27,571 nucleotides of DNA, from the NCBI GenBank assembly GCA_041640635.1, contig JBEPZX010000015.1, positions 1 to 27,571 on the forward strand, given 5' to 3'. Position numbers and translations under genes: made by a program. The notes below the pieces were generated by a model. The model had not been told where the DNA came from. It saw only the letters and a program-made list of their open reading frames with translations, and made no database searches. Positions 8,837 to 18,188 of the stretch are shown piece after piece (the first letter of the stretch is position 1; every line of letters starts with the position of its first letter). The DNA is from Aquificaceae bacterium. Lineage in GTDB: Bacteria > Aquificota > Aquificia > Aquificales > Aquificaceae.

Positions 8837-9548
8837 GCTCCGATCCTTTTATATTTAAAATAAAAATTTCTATCCTTCTATTCTGGGCTCTACCTTCGGG
8901 TGTAGCGTTACTAGCTATCGGTTTTGTATCTGCATAGCCTGATGCCTTGAGTCTTTCTGATGATACACCTTTAGAAATAAAGTATCTAACAATAGAGCTT
9001 GCTCTAGCTGTTGATAACTCCCAATTAGAAGGGTACTTCTCTGTTGATATGGGGATGTTATCCGTATGCCCTTCTATTTCGACGGGATTTGGAATAGACG
9101 ATATTACTTCGTAAAGTCTGTCAATTATAGGATAAAACTCAGGCTTTATGTTGGCGTTACCAGGATCAAAGAGAACCCTTTCCTGAAGGATTATTCTTAT
9201 ACCAATAGCTTCGTACTCAACTTTAACAGCTCCGCTAAGACCCATTTTTTCCAGTATTTGCTGTAATTCTTGGAGCTGTCTTTGTATCCTCTTTCCCTTT
9301 TCTGTAGGTTGGCTTCTGGGAATTATTGGCTGAGGTAGTATTTGCTTTGGTAGCGTCTCTTGAAAGGGAACCAGTCTTAAGCCAAAAGCCTTAGCAAAAG
9401 CAGCAGCATACTCTATCGCCGCTTGTTTCCCAGCTTGAGACATAGCGAAAAGGGCTATAAAGAGGCACAAAAGTAGCGTTAAAAAATCTGCATAAGGTAT
9501 AGCCCATTTTTCTGAAACTTCTTCAGGACATTTTTTCTTCTTAGCCAT
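8805..9548 (-). CDS. motB: Flagellar stator protein MotB
   Basis: WAIPYADFLTLLLCLFIALF transmembrane segment with the conserved Asp; OmpA-like domain (EGHTDNIP, NWELSTARA, NRRIEI). Confidence 0.96.
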   Translation of the reverse strand: MAKKKKCPEEVSEKWAIPYADFLTLLLCLFIALFAMSQAGKQAAIEYAAAFAKAFGLRLVPFQETLPKQILPQPIIPRSQPTEKGKRIQRQLQELQQILEKMGLSGAVKVEYEAIGIRIILQERVLFDPGNANIKPEFYPIIDRLYEVISSIPNPVEIEGHTDNIPISTEKYPSNWELSTARASSIVRYFISKGVSSERLKASGYADTKPIASNATPEGRAQNRRIEIFILNIKGSELTQPRQEQKP

Positions 9549-10294
9549 TACTTAACCTCTACGTAACTATTAAGCCTCTCCTCTATAATTCTCGGATTTT
9601 CACCTTTTATCATCATTCTCCCAGCATCTATTATCATATACATCTTTAAAATATCTTCCTTCGCTTTAATCTTTATTTTCTTACTCAGCGGACCAAAGAT
9701 AAGATAAGAAAAAGTTATTCCATATACAGTGGCAACAAAAGCTGCAGATATACCGTGTGCTAATTCTTCTGCATTATCTAAACTTTTTAAAGCTTTCATC
9801 AACCCAAAAACAGCTCCAACTAAACCAAAGGTTGGCGCACTTTCAGCTGAATTCTTCCAGTACTCTATAGCTATTTCCATATCTTCTTCAACTTTAGCTA
9901 TCTCTGCTTCCAAACTTTCTGCAAATACATGCTCATCAACGCCCAAAACTATAAGATCTATAGCACGTTTTAAAAATGGATCAGTAATCTCTTCTGCTTT
10001 TGTCTCCAAAGCAAGCACTCCTTCTTTCCTTACTAAATTGGCAAGCTCTACAAGTTGATTTTTTGTATCAATTAGACTATTTTTTGCTCCACCAAATGCA
10101 ATTTTCAGACCTTCCACTATAAGTGAGAACTTTGATATGGGAACAGTTATCAAACTTGCAAATAGAGTCGTTGGTACAACTATTATAAAAGCTGCTGGTT
10201 GTAATAAAAAAAGTATGTTGGCACCTTTTAATACCGCACCTATAAGAAGAGCTGCTAACCCTCCTATTATCCCTACAACTGTTAATATATCCAT
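9548..10294 (-). CDS. motA: Flagellar stator protein MotA
   Basis: RKEGVLALE, APTFGLVGAVFGL, AFVATVYG, GENPR motifs; stop overlaps the motB start (TAATG). Confidence 0.96.
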   Translation of the reverse strand: MDILTVVGIIGGLAALLIGAVLKGANILFLLQPAAFIIVVPTTLFASLITVPISKFSLIVEGLKIAFGGAKNSLIDTKNQLVELANLVRKEGVLALETKAEEITDPFLKRAIDLIVLGVDEHVFAESLEAEIAKVEEDMEIAIEYWKNSAESAPTFGLVGAVFGLMKALKSLDNAEELAHGISAAFVATVYGITFSYLIFGPLSKKIKIKAKEDILKMYMIIDAGRMMIKGENPRIIEERLNSYVEVK

Positions 10295-10326
10295 AATTTA
10301 CTAGTATATATCGTCACTTTTTTAAA

Positions 10327-10335
10327 TGTTAAAAT
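10327..10335 (+). promoter_or_regulatory. Extended -10 promoter of the helicase gene
   Basis: TG-T-TAAAAT ending 7 nt before ATG 10343; no clear SD. Confidence 0.5.
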
Positions 10336-10342
10336 ATGAGAG

Positions 10343-12391
10343 ATGCTAAATCCATCTCAAGAAAAAGCTGTAAGGCATTTTGGAAAGCCTCTACTCGTAA
10401 TAGCTGGAGCAGGATCTGGTAAAACAAAGACTATCACACATAAAGTGGAACACATAATAAAGGTACATAAAATAGACCCAAAAAAGGTTCTAGTGATAAC
10501 CTTTACAAACAAAGCTGGAGAAGAATTAAAAAAAAGAATAAGACACAAAACAGGTATAGAACTTAAAAATGTAGGAACATTTCACTCGTTTGCATTGGGA
10601 ATTCTCAAAAATAACTATCGCCTGTTAGGTTACAAATCTTACCCAACGGTGCTAGATGAAGGGGATAAAAACAGCATCTTAAAAAGTATCCTAAAGTTAA
10701 GAGATTATGACCCGAAATTCTTAGATAAGATGAAGCTTTATATATCTTCTAAACTAGAAGCTCTTTCCACTTACACAGACAATTCTCTCGAAAACATAGT
10801 TAACGAATACTTACAAATTTTAAAGGAAAAAAATTACGTGGACTTTAGCACTATGCTATTTTTTGCCTTAGAAATAATTAAATCGGAACCTCACTTTTGG
10901 AGGGAAAGTTTTGATTACATACTTGTTGACGAGTTTCAGGACACAAACAGTATCCAATACGAAATTATTAAAACGCTTGCAAGACAGAATATATGCGTAG
11001 TAGGTGATCCAAACCAGTGTATATACGAGTGGCGCTATGCAAAACCGGATAATGTGATAAAGTTTAGGGAGGATTTTAATCCGGATATAATAAAGCTTGA
11101 AGAGAATTACAGGTCAACAAAAGCCATAATAAACTTAGCAAATGCCATATTGGAAAATTCTAGAGCACCATGGAAGAAACTTATCCCAGAATTGAGAACA
11201 CAAAACGCAGAAGGTGAGAAACCCTTCGTAAAAGAGTTTAAAAATGAAGAGGGAGAAGCTCAATGGATAGCAGGATGCATAAAGGAACTTAAAAGTTACT
11301 ACAAGTACAGCGATATAGCGATACTTGTAAGAGTTGGATACGTAACAAATACCATAGAAAGAGTTCTAAATTATAACAACATACCTTATACTGTAGTTGG
11401 TCAAGTAAGATTCTTCGAAAGATCGGAAATTAAGGATATTTTGGCCTTTTTAAGACTATCGGTAAATCCTAACGACTCAATAGCATTTGAAAGAAGCCTG
11501 AGAGTTGCATCCACAGGTATAGGAGAAGAATCCATAAGAGTAATAAAAGAGCTGAACAAAGACAATTACCTCGTCTCGAGTTTAGATGCAATAAGATTAA
11601 GAAAGTTAAGACCAACCATAGCCCAAAATCTTTATGAGTTTCTGCAAAAGTTCAAAAAATTTAAAAATGGACTAGATAAATACCATGAAAGTCTAAGGCT
11701 TTTTTTGAATAGTATAAATTTTTGGGACTATTTGGCAAATGAATATAAAAAGGATTATCAGGAAAGGTACGAAAACGTAAATGAACTTCTAAGATACATT
11801 CAGCAAAAGTACGAAGAAGGCTATACTTTAGATGATTTAGTCTCAGAAGTTTCTTTAAATCTTGATAAAGATGAACAAGGTGATAGAGTGCAACTTATGA
11901 CAATACACGCAAGCAAAGGTCTTGAGTTTCCAATTGTATTCTTACCCAGATTTGAGGATGGCATACTGCCACATGACAAAAAAATAGATGAAGGCAATAT
12001 TGAAGAAGAGCTAAGGCTTTTTTATGTAGCTGTTACACGAACAAAGGAAAAACTCTACATTAGTTATGTAGAAGATGCAACGAAAAAACCCAGCAGGTTT
12101 TTGACACAAATCCCTAAAAATCTTTTGAACATGGATATTTTATCTTGGGCATACGTAAAACCCGAGCCTCGCGTTCCATCAATAAAAAGAGAGTATAATT
12201 CCAACTACGAAAAAAAGACCAGTTATATGCCAGAACTAAGTAATACAAAGAAAATTTCCATAGGTGCTAAAGTTCTTCATAAGTTATTTGGCGAAGGAAT
12301 AGTAGTAGCCATTTCTGACGAAAGAGCGACGGTAAGATTTAAAAATGCGGAAAAAAACATTCACTCAGCCTTTTTAGAGGTAATTGGATGA
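10343..12391 (+). CDS. pcrA: ATP-dependent SF1A DNA helicase, PcrA/UvrD/Rep family
   Basis: AGAGSGKT, TFTNKA, TFHSF, VDEFQDTN, VGDPNQCIYEWR, LEENYRST, MTIHASKGLEF, EELRLFYVAVTR; C-terminal Tudor-like H..FGEG domain. Confidence 0.93.
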   Translation: MLNPSQEKAVRHFGKPLLVIAGAGSGKTKTITHKVEHIIKVHKIDPKKVLVITFTNKAGEELKKRIRHKTGIELKNVGTFHSFALGILKNNYRLLGYKSYPTVLDEGDKNSILKSILKLRDYDPKFLDKMKLYISSKLEALSTYTDNSLENIVNEYLQILKEKNYVDFSTMLFFALEIIKSEPHFWRESFDYILVDEFQDTNSIQYEIIKTLARQNICVVGDPNQCIYEWRYAKPDNVIKFREDFNPDIIKLEENYRSTKAIINLANAILENSRAPWKKLIPELRTQNAEGEKPFVKEFKNEEGEAQWIAGCIKELKSYYKYSDIAILVRVGYVTNTIERVLNYNNIPYTVVGQVRFFERSEIKDILAFLRLSVNPNDSIAFERSLRVASTGIGEESIRVIKELNKDNYLVSSLDAIRLRKLRPTIAQNLYEFLQKFKKFKNGLDKYHESLRLFLNSINFWDYLANEYKKDYQERYENVNELLRYIQQKYEEGYTLDDLVSEVSLNLDKDEQGDRVQLMTIHASKGLEFPIVFLPRFEDGILPHDKKIDEGNIEEELRLFYVAVTRTKEKLYISYVEDATKKPSRFLTQIPKNLLNMDILSWAYVKPEPRVPSIKREYNSNYEKKTSYMPELSNTKKISIGAKVLHKLFGEGIVVAISDERATVRFKNAEKNIHSAFLEVIG

Positions 12392-12927
12392 AATATTTTG
12401 CAAATAAATTAATAGAAATTGGACATTTGCTCTTCCAAGAAGGACTTGTAGATGCAAGAGCTGGTAACATATCAGTAAAAATTGGCAATAAAATCCTAAT
12501 AACAAGGACTAAAGCACACCTAAACCTACTGACACCATATGACCTTATATGTGTAGACATAAACAAAGAAGGACTTCTAGACAAAAGAGCTTCTTCTGAA
12601 CTTTTGGTTCACAGAGAAATTTACAAAAAGACAAATCATAATGCTATAGTTCACGCACATCCTGTAAGTGTAATAAAGTTATCCTTTGAGAAAGATATGA
12701 TAGAATTTGTAGACTCAGAGGGTAAAACACTCTTAGGTAGCGTAAAAGTTATACAAGATTATGAGTCGGGAAGCAAAGAATTAGCTTACTACGTTGCCCA
12801 AGAACTTACAAGTTCCAATTTAGTAATTGTTAGAGGGCACGGAGTTTTTTCTGCAGATGAAAACTTAATGAAAGCTTACTCTAATGTATCCATACTTGAG
12901 CACTCGTGTAGAGTAATGCTACCCTAA
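12388..12927 (+). CDS. Class II aldolase/adducin family protein (FucA/MtnB-like)
   Basis: GNISV, SSE..VH..IY, AIVHAHP, RGHG metal-binding motifs; ATGA overlap with the helicase stop. Confidence 0.88.
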   Translation: MKYFANKLIEIGHLLFQEGLVDARAGNISVKIGNKILITRTKAHLNLLTPYDLICVDINKEGLLDKRASSELLVHREIYKKTNHNAIVHAHPVSVIKLSFEKDMIEFVDSEGKTLLGSVKVIQDYESGSKELAYYVAQELTSSNLVIVRGHGVFSADENLMKAYSNVSILEHSCRVMLP

Positions 12928-13886
12928 AAGTGAATGTAATTGTTTAGCCATTCTACAAGCTCTTTGATAGATTGCGCAGATTTTTTTAGCTCCCTTCTTT
13001 CGTATCCTGAAAGTCTAACTCTTTCGAAATCTACAACCCCACCCTTTCCTAATATAACAGGAACTCCTATACACACATCTTGAAGTTCATAATAGTTGGC
13101 TATTTCTCCATCCATGTATACGCTACAAGGATAAATCTTCCTCTTATCTTTAAGTATAGCGTCTACCATAACAACCACGGATGCAGCTGGTCCATAGTAA
13201 GCCGATTTGCTCATAAGCTCTATTACTCTTTTTCCACCTTCCCTTGTGTTTTCTATGGTTGTATCTATGTAAGAAGTACTAAGGACGTCTTCCATAGGCA
13301 TATTTCCGACGTAACTTCTTGACATAACAGGAACCATTAGATCCCCATGAGTACCTATTACCAACGCTCTAATATCCGAATAGGATAGATTTACTATATC
13401 CTTTACATATGACTTAAAGCGAGCTGAATCCAAAACACCAGCCATGCCTATAACTCGAGAACTAGGAAACTTGGTGAGCTTCAAAGTAGCGTAAGTCAGA
13501 ACATCCACGGGATTGGAAACCACTATAACTACACTATTGGGTGAATACCTGATTATTTGCTTGCAAAAGTTACTTAGTATTTTTACGTTATGTATAAGCA
13601 GGTCCTCTCTGGACATTCCAGGACCTCTGGATATTCCAGCGGTAATCACCACTATATCGGAACCTTCGAGCTTTTCAAAGCCTTCCACGTCGTAAGATAC
13701 GCCTACAACCTGAACATCCTTATTGAGAAGCGTTGCCATTTGTTTTAGGTCCAATGCTTTTGCTTTGGCAGGTTCAAAACCATCCTTATACCTACCAAAT
13801 AAGTAAACATCGTAATCGCAAAGAGCTGTAAGAAGGTAGGCGACATTCTCGCCTACATTACCAACACCTATTATGGAAACTTTCAT
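12924..13886 (-). CDS. mdh: LDH-like malate dehydrogenase
   Basis: IIGVGNVG Rossmann motif, [16 protein letters not shown] (Arg loop typical of MDH), [27 protein letters not shown]. Confidence 0.85.
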   Translation of the reverse strand: MKVSIIGVGNVGENVAYLLTALCDYDVYLFGRYKDGFEPAKAKALDLKQMATLLNKDVQVVGVSYDVEGFEKLEGSDIVVITAGISRGPGMSREDLLIHNVKILSNFCKQIIRYSPNSVVIVVSNPVDVLTYATLKLTKFPSSRVIGMAGVLDSARFKSYVKDIVNLSYSDIRALVIGTHGDLMVPVMSRSYVGNMPMEDVLSTSYIDTTIENTREGGKRVIELMSKSAYYGPAASVVVMVDAILKDKRKIYPCSVYMDGEIANYYELQDVCIGVPVILGKGGVVDFERVRLSGYERRELKKSAQSIKELVEWLNNYIHF

Positions 13887-15595
13887 AACTCAAAATCTCT
13901 GAGATACTTGGCTCGTGTTGGATGTTTAAGTTTTCTTATAGCTTTTGTTTCTATTTGTCTTATACGCTCACGCGTTACATTAAACATTTTTCCTATTTGT
14001 TCCAATGTGTATTCTGTTCCATCCACTAGTCCATAACGGTACATGAGTATCTCTCTCTCTTTTTCACCGAGAGTTTGTAGAACCTTTATTAGTTGCTCTC
14101 TAAGGAGCTTTCTGGTGACTTGTTCTTCCGGAGATGGCACGTTCTTGTCTTCTATGAAATCCTTTAGATGTGTGTCTTCATCTTCTCCTATTGGTGTCTC
14201 TAAAGATATGGGTTCTTGAGATGTACGCATAACTCTTCTTGCTTTTTCTACAGATATACCTAAATGTTTGGCTATCTCTTCCGCTGTTGGCTCTCTTCCT
14301 AGCTCTTGGAAAAGCTTTTTGTGTGCTTTGGTTATGTCGTTTATAGTTTCTATCATGTGTACAGGGATACGTATAGTTCTTGCTTGGTCTGCTATAGCTC
14401 TAGTTATGGCTTGCCTTATCCACCATGTGGCGTACGTGGAAAACTTGTAACCTTTTCTGTAATCGTATTTGTCCACAGCCTTCATGAGACCTATGTTTCC
14501 TTCTTGTATAAGATCTAAAAAGTGAAGACCCCTGTTTACATACTTTTTAGCAATAGAAACTACCAACCTTAAGTTACACTTTACCATAACCTGCTTAGCC
14601 TGGACAACTTTATTTCTTCCTTCTCTTATTATGTGTATAACCCTGTCAAGTTCTTCAGGAAGAACTCCCATTTCAATTTTTATCCTTTCCACGTCTTTTT
14701 TCAGCGCCAAATACTCATCTCTCAAACCTTGGAAACGAGCAAAACTGTATCCCATTCTCTCAGCCTTGCTACGTAGCTTTTCATCAAAATCATAATTCCT
14801 TAACAATTCATCTATATCTGGATGTATGCTTTCTAGCTTCTTCTTTCTGGCTTCAAATTCTTTCAACATACGCGTGTACTTTTGATATAGATTTAAGAGC
14901 TCATCAGCTATACGTTCAAATTTGGACTGTTTTAGCCTAAGAGACTTTAAAATTTTGTTCATTTTAGCGTGTCTCTTTAAGTACTCTTTTTTATACTCAA
15001 GGGTACCATACTGTAGATAAAGCTCTCTCCATGATATGGCATTTTTATAAGACTTGGCTAACTCGAGACCTTTTTCCATAAAGTGTCTTTCTATTTGCTC
15101 ATAGCTATCTTCATAATCATCTACATTTCCACTTTCGTAAGTGTTATCCATTATATCCCCAGCCCTAATTTTACCATTGCATACATTAGACCATTCTCTG
15201 AGTACTCTATCTATTAAAAAGGATGTCCTTAATAACCCCCTTCTCATTATCTTTCTTCCAATTTCAATTTGCCTTGCATACTTTATTTCTTCATCACGTG
15301 TTAAAAGAGGGATTTTCCCCATTTCTTTAAGGTACAGCTTAACAGCGTCACTACTCCTTTGACCGCCCAACAGGTTATCTGTGGACACTGTATACTCTTC
15401 ATCAAACTCTAGGTTATCTATATATTCTTCGCTTTCTAATATTTTTATTCCACGTTCTTGTAAAAAGTCCATAACTTCTTCATATAAACCAGAATCAACC
15501 ATATCCTCACCAAGTATTTCGTTTATTTCGTCGTAAGTTACATAGCCTTTTTCACTTACATGAATAAGATCCTTAAGAATGATCTTTTCTAACAT
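13883..15595 (-). CDS. rpoD: Primary RNA polymerase sigma factor sigma70
   Basis: AGGAGG SD; region 1.1 ([10 protein letters not shown]), 1.2 ([11 protein letters not shown]), long non-conserved region, [53 protein letters not shown]. Confidence 0.97.
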   Translation of the reverse strand: MLEKIILKDLIHVSEKGYVTYDEINEILGEDMVDSGLYEEVMDFLQERGIKILESEEYIDNLEFDEEYTVSTDNLLGGQRSSDAVKLYLKEMGKIPLLTRDEEIKYARQIEIGRKIMRRGLLRTSFLIDRVLREWSNVCNGKIRAGDIMDNTYESGNVDDYEDSYEQIERHFMEKGLELAKSYKNAISWRELYLQYGTLEYKKEYLKRHAKMNKILKSLRLKQSKFERIADELLNLYQKYTRMLKEFEARKKKLESIHPDIDELLRNYDFDEKLRSKAERMGYSFARFQGLRDEYLALKKDVERIKIEMGVLPEELDRVIHIIREGRNKVVQAKQVMVKCNLRLVVSIAKKYVNRGLHFLDLIQEGNIGLMKAVDKYDYRKGYKFSTYATWWIRQAITRAIADQARTIRIPVHMIETINDITKAHKKLFQELGREPTAEEIAKHLGISVEKARRVMRTSQEPISLETPIGEDEDTHLKDFIEDKNVPSPEEQVTRKLLREQLIKVLQTLGEKEREILMYRYGLVDGTEYTLEQIGKMFNVTRERIRQIETKAIRKLKHPTRAKYLRDFEL

Positions 15596-15647
15596 GTTTA
15601 CCTCCTACAAACAAACTTCAATAATATATGCTTTAAAGTACATAGTT

Positions 15648-16277
15648 TCAACCTTTTAAAATTTCTTCAACTTCATAATCTTCAACCTGCTTAAAATCTC
15701 CATAAAACATTCCAACAGCGTACGGCCCTTCTTCCACTTGATGGTAACAGTAAACCTCATGAGCAAATTGCTTAAGTTTTTGTATGCTTTCCATTGGGCA
15801 AACAGGTACAGCTACTATCACTTTCTTAGCTCCATGCCTTATTAAGTAGTTTACACCTGCCATTATTGTATAACCTGTTGCAATACCATCATCTACAACT
15901 ATCACATCCTTACCTTCAACCCTTAAACCCTCTATTGGTAAGAACTTTTTCTCCCTTTCTTTTATCTTTTGAAGCTCCTTGTTTTTAACCTCATCAATAG
16001 ATTCTTTATCTATCCTAAAATACTCTACAGTGCGTTCATCTATATAAACTTTACCATCCGGATCCACAGCACCAAAAGCAAGTTCAGGCTGCAATGGTAC
16101 ACCAAGCTTTCTAACAATTAGTATACTTAGAGGTAAGTCCAGTACTTGAGCGACTTCCTTTGCTACCACTACTCCACCTCTAGGTATACCCAATACAATA
16201 GAATCCTTACTGTAAATTTTGTCTTTAAGAAACTCACCAAGCAACCTTCCTGCTTCTTTTCTATCCCTAAAAACCAT
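15648..16277 (-). CDS. Type I phosphoribosyltransferase (COG1926-like)
   Basis: FRDRKEAG, GIPRGG, VRKLGVP.QPELAFGA, VIVVDDGIATG PRPP-binding motif. Start set at ATG 16277 (MVFRDR), which avoids overlap with the divergent gene. Confidence 0.87.
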   Translation of the reverse strand: MVFRDRKEAGRLLGEFLKDKIYSKDSIVLGIPRGGVVVAKEVAQVLDLPLSILIVRKLGVPLQPELAFGAVDPDGKVYIDERTVEYFRIDKESIDEVKNKELQKIKEREKKFLPIEGLRVEGKDVIVVDDGIATGYTIMAGVNYLIRHGAKKVIVAVPVCPMESIQKLKQFAHEVYCYHQVEEGPYAVGMFYGDFKQVEDYEVEEILKG

Positions 16278-16305
16278 TATGACTAAAATATAAAATATAT
16301 GTTTT

Positions 16306-16605
16306 ATGTCAAGATTTCGCAAAAATAAGGTAAAGTTACAGCATCATCTTCTTGAAGGTTTAGAAGATTACTTGGAAATAATATGCAAATGGAACTGCGT
16401 AGAAGGTATAATACCTGGACAGATTACAAGGAAAAATAAAGGAAAGGGAACAAAAGGTTTATTTCTAAAGTATCCTACAAATTCTGGTTATAAACTTTTA
16501 TACAAGTGTGGAACTTCTGTCCAGGAAATATTTATAATATGCTCTGATAAAGAACTTTTTGAAAAGGAATTTAAGGAAAGCTTTCCTAAGCATAAAGAGT
16601 TATAG
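16306..16605 (+). CDS. Small conserved protein, DUF2103-like (predicted metal-binding)
   Basis: 99 aa; HH..EGL, IIPG.I, GYKLL..G.SVQEIFI pattern recalled from DUF2103; fills the gap between two genes. Confidence 0.65.
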   Translation: MSRFRKNKVKLQHHLLEGLEDYLEIICKWNCVEGIIPGQITRKNKGKGTKGLFLKYPTNSGYKLLYKCGTSVQEIFIICSDKELFEKEFKESFPKHKEL

Positions 16606-16633
16606 AAATATTTATTAAACTAATGAGTTTAAA

Positions 16634-18118
16634 TTACTCATATATGCAAATATGAAAATCATGAAAGTTTTTCCCTTTTTTTGTATCTTGTATAAATCTT
16701 AAAAGCCTTGACTCTGAACCTGTGTATAATCTAAATGTTTTTAGTGGTTCACATTCCAAAAAGCTACCTTCTTTGTATATAACTATAGAACCTTTTTGCG
16801 GTTCTTGGTTTCTTATTATCTTCCTTTGGGCATAAAAGGGTAAATTATGATTGAAATGTCCTACCTGGTAAGTTTCTACCCTACCCTGCGGGTCTAAACT
16901 TCTAATAAAACTTCCTACATCCTTGTAATGTCTATAGTTTTCTAACCAAGGGAGAAGACCCAAGTTGAATACCAAAAGAAACATCACCATAGCATAAGCG
17001 GGAGCAAGTTTTGTGTATTTCCACAAAAAGAAAGGCAAAAAAAGAAACAACAAAAGAAATTTAAAATCTAAATTGAAGTAAAAAATTAGAATTAGGCAAA
17101 CCAAAGATATAAAAATGGATAAAAAGTAAGATGAATACCTCTTTAGTTTTTCCCAAGAGGAACTTACTAAAAAACCTGCTGTCATAACAGCCAATGCTGG
17201 ATATGCTGGCATTACATAAACAGGGATTTTTTGCTTGACAACACTAAACAAGGTAAAGATAAAAAAGAACCAAGCCAAAAAAATAAAATGATTTTGCCTT
17301 TGTTTAAAGACAACCCAAAACAAAGCAAAGAAGAATAAAAAAGAGTAAGGTAGAAAACTCACAAGCAAATCTAAATAGTAAAAATAAAAAGGTTCACCAC
17401 CTGAGTAAATACGCTTAAAGTTTTCTTTGTAAAAAATTTCCCAAAACAACTTCCCTTTATCAAAAATTTGGTAAACATGCCACCAAAGACCCAAAATTAG
17501 AGATACAAAACTTAAAAGGTAGTATTTTAGCTTCAAAAGCTCAGAGGGATTGGCAACAAGAAGGTACAGAAAAACTACTCCCGCTGGTAAAACAAAACCA
17601 GCTGGCCCTTTTACAAGCATAGCCAAAGAAGCAGCCAAAAAGGCAAACACAATAAAAAAGTTATTTTTTCTGATGTATCCCACATACCACAGATAAATAC
17701 TAAGTGTGATAAAAAAGGTAAAAGGCATTTCTGGAGATGCATAATGGGCGTTGGCATATATGGTAAGACTCAAAGAAAAAATTATGAAGCTATATGTAGA
17801 AATTGTTTTAGATTTGAAAACTTCCCATGCAAGTAAAGCTGTTACAACTCCAGTAAGCAGTCCAAGTAAAACATGCATAAACCTAAGTCCTAATTCGTTA
17901 ACACCAAAAATTGAGTAGCCTAAAGCCACAATCCAATATGTCATAGGTGGTTTGTTAAGTCTTATTTCGCCGTTGTAGTATGGTGTAACCAGATTTTTAG
18001 TTTCTAACATATAGCGGCTTGCGTCTGCATAAAAGGCTTCGTTGGGAGACCAAACCTGGAAGGACCAAAAGTTTAAAAAGTAAACGAGTATGGTAAGTAA
18101 TACTAAAAGATATGGCAT
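16634..18118 (-). CDS. ArnT/PMT-like (GT-C fold) membrane glycosyltransferase
   Basis: NEAFYA..SR.M, P.YNGE.RLNKPP..YW, LVKGP.G, K.P.Y.MP.YP motifs; many transmembrane segments. Start taken at ATG 18118 (GTG 18139 is possible). Confidence 0.88.
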   Translation of the reverse strand: MPYLLVLLTILVYFLNFWSFQVWSPNEAFYADASRYMLETKNLVTPYYNGEIRLNKPPMTYWIVALGYSIFGVNELGLRFMHVLLGLLTGVVTALLAWEVFKSKTISTYSFIIFSLSLTIYANAHYASPEMPFTFFITLSIYLWYVGYIRKNNFFIVFAFLAASLAMLVKGPAGFVLPAGVVFLYLLVANPSELLKLKYYLLSFVSLILGLWWHVYQIFDKGKLFWEIFYKENFKRIYSGGEPFYFYYLDLLVSFLPYSFLFFFALFWVVFKQRQNHFIFLAWFFFIFTLFSVVKQKIPVYVMPAYPALAVMTAGFLVSSSWEKLKRYSSYFLSIFISLVCLILIFYFNLDFKFLLLFLFLPFFLWKYTKLAPAYAMVMFLLVFNLGLLPWLENYRHYKDVGSFIRSLDPQGRVETYQVGHFNHNLPFYAQRKIIRNQEPQKGSIVIYKEGSFLECEPLKTFRLYTGSESRLLRFIQDTKKGKNFHDFHICIYE

Positions 18119-18188
18119 GCAAAATTCATTATAAATCACTGGGTGGTATTTTAGGTCTTTATCTTGGTGTTAATATAATATTCTAAGA

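Noticed and set aside
1..10294. A dedicated c-di-GMP/rhodanese/DegT/motAB motility-control locus
   Set aside because: The genes have separate promoters, a terminator between them and opposite orientations; adjacency alone is weak evidence in a genome with shuffled gene order.
10308..10335. Sigma28 promoter for motAB (GACGATAT on the - strand)
   Set aside because: 6/8 match to GCCGATAA, but no TAAA at the 15-nt spacing.
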